Assembly (NCBI GenBank): GCA_964016885.1
Contig: OZ024754.1
Location: 18,724,001 to 18,788,000, forward strand
Origin: Eledone cirrhosa
Taxonomy: Eukaryota
Reading direction: 5' to 3'
DNA length: 64,000 nt
A model generated the notes under the pieces. That model was given only the letters and a program-made list of their open reading frames with translations, had not been told where the DNA came from and did not search any database. This document shows, in pieces, positions 56,529-64,000 of the stretch. The translations under genes and the position numbers were made by a program. Numbering within the stretch: position 1 is the stretch's first letter; each line of letters starts with the position of its first letter.

Positions 56529-59500
56529 ACACAACAACAACAACAACAACAACAGCTATAACAACAACAACTACAGCTATAACAACTACAACTATAGCTA
56601 TAACAACAACAACACCTATAACAACAACAACTACAGCTATAACAACAACAAATACACCTACAGCTATAACAAGAACAACTACAGCTACAACAACAACAAC
56701 TACAGCTACAACAACAACAACTGCAGCTATAACAACAACAACAACTACAGCTATAACAACAACAACAACACCTACAGCTATAACAACAACAACAACACCT
56801 ACAGCTATAACAAAAACAACAACAACAGCTATAACAACAACAACTACAGCTATAACAACAACAACAACAACAACAGCTATAACAACAACAACTACAGCTA
56901 TAACAACAACAACAACAACTACAGCTACAACAACAACAACTACAGCTATAACAACAACAACTACAGCTATAACAACAACAACTACAGCTATAACAACAAC
57001 AACACCTACAGCTATAACAAAAACAACAACAGCTATAACAACAACAACTACAGCTATAACAACAACAACAACAACAACAGCTATAACAACAACAACTACA
57101 GCTATAACAACAACAACTACAGCTATAACAACAACAACTACAGCTACAACAACAACAACAACAGCTATAACAACAACAACAACAACAACAGCTATAACAA
57201 CAACAACTACAGCTATAACAACAACAACTGCATCTATAACAACAACAACTACAGCTATAACAACAACAACAACACCTACAGCTATAACAAAAACAACAAC
57301 AACAGCTATAACAACAACAGCTATAACAACAACAACTACAGCTATAACAACAACAACAACAACAACAGCTATAACAACAACAACTACAGCTATAACAACA
57401 ACAACAACAACTACAGCTACAACAACAACAACTACAGCTACAACAACAACAACTACAGCTATAACAACAGCAACTACAGCTATAACAACAACTACAGCTA
57501 TAACAACAACAACAACATCTACAGCTATAACAACAACAACTACAGCTATAACAACAACAACAACAACAACAGCTATAACAACAACAACTACAGCTATAAC
57601 AACAACAACAACACCTACAGCTATAACAGCAACAACAACAGATATAACAACAACAACAGCTATAACAACAACAAACAACAACAGCTATAACAACAACAAC
57701 TACAGCTATAACAACAACAACTACAGCTATAACAACAACAACAACAACACCTACAGCTATAACAACAATAACAACAACAGATATAACAACAACAACAACA
57801 GCTATAACAACAACAGACAACAACAGCTATAACAACAACAACTACAGCTATAACAACAACAAAACAAGTACAACTATAACAACAACAACAACAACTACAG
57901 CTATAAAAACAACAACAACTACAGCTATAACAACAACAAGTACAGATATAACAACAACAACAACTACAGCTATAACAACAACAACAACTACAGCTATAAC
58001 AACAACGAGAACTACAGCTACAACAACAACAACAAGTACAGCTATAACAACAACAACTACATCTATAACAACAAAAACAACAACAACAGCTATAACAACA
58101 ACAGACAACAACAGCTATAACAACAACAACTACAGCTATAACAACAACAACAAGTACAGCTATAACAACAACAACTACATCTATAACAACAAAAACAACA
58201 ACAACAGCTATAACAACAACAACAACAACAACAACAGCAATAACAACAACAACAACAACAACAACAACAGATATAACAACAACAACAACTACAGCTATAA
58301 CAACAACAACAACAACAGATATAACAACAACAACAACTACAGCTATAACAACAACTACAACAGCTATAACAACAACAACAACAACAGCTATAACAACAAC
58401 AACAACAACAGATATAACAACAACTACAACAACATCATTTATAACAACAACAACAACAACATCTATAACAACTACTACAACAACATCATTTATAACAACA
58501 ACAACAGCTATAACAACAACAACACCAACTACAGCTACAACAACAACAACAACAGCTATAACAACAACAACACCAACTACAGCTACAACAACAACAACAA
58601 CAACTACAGCTATAACAACAACTACTACAGCTATAACAACAACAACAGCTATAACAACAACAACACCAACTACAGCTACAACAACAACAACAACAACTAC
58701 AGCTATAACAACAACTACTACAGCTATAACAACAACAACAGCTATAACAACAACAACACCAACTACAGCTACAACAACAACAACAACAACAACTACAGCT
58801 ATAACAACAACTACTACAGCTATAACATCAACAACAGCTATAACAACAACAACAACACCAACTACAGCTATAACGACAACAACAACTACAGCTATAACAA
58901 CACCAACTACAGCTATAACAACAACAACAACTACAGCTATAACAACAATTACTACATCTATAACAACAACAACAACTACAGCTATAACAACAACAACAAC
59001 AGCTATAACAACAACTACAACAGCTATAACAACAACAACTACAGCTATAACAACAACTACTACAGCTATAACAACAACAACAGCTATAACAACAACAACA
59101 ACAACACCAACTACATCTATAACAACAACAACAACTACAGCTACAACAACACCAACTACAGCTATAACAACAACAACAACAACTACAGCTACAACAACAC
59201 CAACTACAGCTATAACAACAACTACTACATCTATAACAACAACAACAACTACAGCTATAATAACAACAACAACAGCTATAACAACAACTACAACAGCTAT
59301 AACAACAACAACTACAGCTATAACAACAACAACTACAGCTGTAACAACAACAACAACAGCAATAACAACAACAACTACAGCTATAACAACAACAACAACA
59401 ACAACAACAGCTATAACAACAACAACTACAGCTATAACAACAACAACAACAGCTATAACAACAACAACTACAGCTATAACAACAACAACTACAGCTATAA

Positions 59501-61403
59501 CAACAACAACAACAACTACAGCTATAACAACAACAACTACAGCTATAACAACAACAACAACAACAACAACAACAGCTATAACAACAACAACTACAGCTGT
59601 AACAACAACAACTACAGCTATAACAACAACAACAGCAACTACAGCAATAACAACAACAACAACTACAGCTATAACAACAACAATAACAACAACAACAGCT
59701 ATAACAACAACAACTACAGCTATAACATCAACAACTACAGCTATAAAAACAACAACAACAACAACAGCTATAACAACAACAACTACAGCTATAACAACAA
59801 CAACTACAGTTATAACAACAACAACAACTACAGCTATAACAACAACAACAACAACAACTACAGCTATAACAACAACAACTACAGCTACAACAACAACAAC
59901 TACAGCTATAACAACAACAACAACAACTACAGCTATAACAACAACAACAACTACAGCTATAACAACAACAAGAACAACAACAACAGCTATAACAACAACA
60001 ACTACAGCTATAACAACAACAACTACAGCTATAACAACAACAACAACAACAACAACAACAGCTATAACAACAACAACAACAACAACAACAGCTATAACAA
60101 CAACAACAACTACAGCTATAACAACAACAACAACAACAACAACAACTACAGCTATAACAACAACAACAACTACAGCTATAACAACACCAACTACAGCTAT
60201 AACAACAACAACAGCTATAACAACAACAACAACACCAACTACAGCTATAACAACAACAACAACTACAGCTATAACAACACCAACTACAGCTATAACAACA
60301 ACAACAACTACAGCTATAACAACAATTACTACATCTATAACAACAACAACAACTACAGCTATAACAACAACAACAACAGCTATAACAACAACTACAACAG
60401 CTATAACAACAACAACTACAGCTATAACAACAACTACTACAGCTATAACAACAACAACAGCTATAACAACAACAACAACAACACCAACTACATCTATAAC
60501 AACAACAACAACTACAGCTACAACAACACCAACTACAGCTATAACAACAACAACAACAACTACAGCTACAACAACACCAACTACAGCTATAACAACAACT
60601 ACTACATCTATAACAACAACAACAACTACAGCTATAACAACAACAACAACAGCTATAACAACAACTACAACAGCTATAACAACAACAACTACAGCTATAA
60701 CAACAACAACTACAGCTGTAACAACAACAACAGCAATAACAACAACAACTACAGCTATAACAACAACAACAACAACAACAGCTATAACAACAACAACTAC
60801 AGCTATAACAACAACAACAACAGCTATAACAACAACAACTACAGCTATAACAACAACAACTACAGCTATAACAACAACAACAACAACTACAGCTATAACA
60901 ACAACAACTACAGCTATAACAACAACAACAACAACAACAACAACAGCTATAACAACAACAACTACAGCTGTAACAACAACAACTACAGCTATAACAACAA
61001 CAACAGCAACTACAGCAATAACAACAACAACAACTACAGCTATAACAACAACAATAACAACAACAACAGCTATAACAACAACAACTACAGCTATAACATC
61101 AACAACTACAGCTATAAAAACAACAACAACAACAACAGCTATAACAACAACAACTACAGCTATAACAACAACAACTACAGCTATAACAACAACAACAACT
61201 ACAGCTATAACAACAACAACAACAACAACTACAGCTATAACAACAACAACTACAGCTACAACAACAACAACTACAGCTATAACAACAACAACAACAACTA
61301 CAGCTATAACAACAACAACAACTACAGCTATAACAACAACAAGAACAACAACAACAGCTATAACAACAACAACTACAGCTATAACAACAACAACTACAGC
61401 TAT

Positions 61404-61440
<37 letters not shown>

Positions 61441-62996
61441 GCTATAACAACAACAACAACAACAACAACAGCTATAACAACAACAACAACTACAGCTATA
61501 ACAACAACAACAACAACAACAACAACTACAGCTATAACAACAACAACAACTACAGCTATAACAACACCAACTACAGCTATAACAACAACAACAGCTATAA
61601 CAACAACAACAACACCAACTACAGCTATAACAACAACAACAACTACAGCTATAACAACACCAACTACAGCTATAACAACAACAACAACTACAGCTATAAC
61701 AACAATTACTACATCTATAACAACAACAACAACTACAGCTATAACAACAACAACAACAGCTATAACAACAACTACAACAGCTATAACAACAACAACTACA
61801 GCTATAACAACAACTACTACAGCTATAACAACAACAACAGCTATAACAACAACAACAACAACACCAACTACATCTATAACAACAACAACAACTACAGCTA
61901 CAACAACACCAACTACAGCTATAACAACAACAACAACAACTACAGCTACAACAACACCAACTACAGCTATAACAACAACTACTACATCTATAACAACAAC
62001 AACAACTACAGCTATAACAACAACAACAACAGCTATAACAACAACTACAACAGCTATAACAACAACAACTACAGCTATAACAACAACAACTACAGCTGTA
62101 ACAACAACAACAACAGCAATAACAACAACAACTACAGCTATAACAACAACAACAACAACAACAGCTATAACAACAACAACTACAGCTATAACAACAACAA
62201 CAACAGCTATAACAACAACAACTACAGCTATAACAACAACAACTACAGCTATAACAACAACAACAACAACTACAGCTATAACAACAACAACTACAGCTAT
62301 AACAACAACAACAACAACAACAACAACAGCTATAACAACAACAACTACAGCTGTAACAACAACAACTACAGCTATAACAACAACAACAGCAACTACAGCA
62401 ATAACAACAACAACAACTACAGCTATAACAACAACAATAACAACAACAACAGCTATAACAACAACAACTACAGCTATAACATCAACAACTACAGCTATAA
62501 AAACAACAACAACAACAACAGCTATAACAACAACAACTACAGCTATAACAACAACAACTACAGCTATAACAACAACAACAACTACAGCTATAACAACAAC
62601 AACAACAACAACTACAGCTATAACAACAACAACTACAGCTACAACAACAACAACTACAGCTATAACAACAACAACAACAACTACAGCTATAACAACAACA
62701 ACAACTACAGCTATAACAACAATAAGAACAACAACAACAGCTATAACAACAACAACTACAGCTATAACAACAACAACTACAGCTATAACAACAACAACAA
62801 CAACAACAACAACAGCTATAACAACAACAACAACAACAACAACAGCTATAACAACAACAACAACTACAGCTATAACAACAACAACAACAACAACAACTAC
62901 AGCTATAACAACAACAACAACTACAGCTATAACAACAACAACAACAACAGCTATAACAACAACAACTACAGCTATAACAACAACAACTACAGCTAT

Positions 62997-63045
<49 letters not shown>

Positions 63046-63864
63046 GCTATAACAACAACAACTACAGCTATAACAACAACAACAACAACAACAGCTATAA
63101 CAACAACAACTACAGCTATAACAACAACAACTACAGCTATAACAACAACAACAACAGCTATAAGAACAACAACTACAGCTATAACAGCAACAACAACAAC
63201 AACAGCTATAACAACAACTACAGCCTTAACAATAACAACTACAGCTATAACAACAACAACAACAACAACAGCTATAACAAAAACAACAACTACAACAGCT
63301 ATAACAACAACAACTACAGCTATAACAACAACAACTACAGCTATAACAACAACAACAACAACAGCTATAACAACAACAACAACTACAGCTATAACAACAA
63401 CAACAACAGCTATAACAACAACAACAACAACAGCTATAACAACAACAACAACTACAGCTATAATAACAACAACTACAGCTATAACAACAACAACTATAAC
63501 AACAACAACAACAGCTATAACAACAACAACACCAGATATAACAACAACAACAACAGCTATAACAACAACAACTACAGCTATAACAACAACAACTACAGCT
63601 AGAACAACAACAACAACAACAACAACAGCTATAACAACAACAACAACAGCTATAACAACAACAACTACAGCTATAACAACAACAGCAGCTATAACAACAA
63701 CAACAACAACAACAACAGCTATAACAACAACATCTACAGCTATAACAACAACAACAACAACAACAACAACAGCTATAACAACAACAACTACAGATATAAC
63801 AACAACAACAACAACAGATATAACAACAACAACAGCTATAACAACAACTACTACAGCTACAGCT

Positions 63865-63903
<39 letters not shown>

Positions 63904-64000
63904 GCTATAACAACAACAACAACAACAACAACAGCTATAACAACAACAACTACAGCTATAACAACAACAATAACTACAGCTATAACAACTACAACTACAG
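56529..64000. repeat. (ACA)n-[ACT]ACA-GCT-ATA satellite with a higher-order repeat of about 1.38 kb; runs off the window
   Basis: Variant markers recur: aattactacatcta at about 58947, 60324 and 61704; aagaac at about 59970, 61341 and 62724. Confidence 0.97.

Overview
AT-rich, microsatellite-saturated animal genomic DNA with no recognisable host gene. The (TA)n/(CA)n density and the SINE types suggest a cephalopod such as octopus (inference). The window is a mosaic of mobile elements: four Penelope-like (PLE) RT/GIY-YIG remnants, three RTE-clade LINEs plus a non-autonomous RTE derivative, a CRE-like REL endonuclease fragment, tRNA-derived and Nin/Deu-type SINEs, two probable non-autonomous Helitrons, and a Tigger/pogo-type TIR element with a rearranged Gypsy remnant nested inside. 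It ends in a 7.5-kb (ACA)n-CTACAGCTATA satellite. There are two main hidden signals. (1) About 20 type-I hammerhead ribozyme motifs (17 with canonical CUGANGA/GAAA/UH cores, many with a palindromic minimal stem III) sit in many distinct short fold-back elements between (TA)n tracts. (2) The Gypsy LTR is followed by an almost complete antisense copy of its mature tRNA-Trp primer, with CCA and with mismatches at the modified positions 26 and 58. All coordinates were read by eye and may be off by a few bases.
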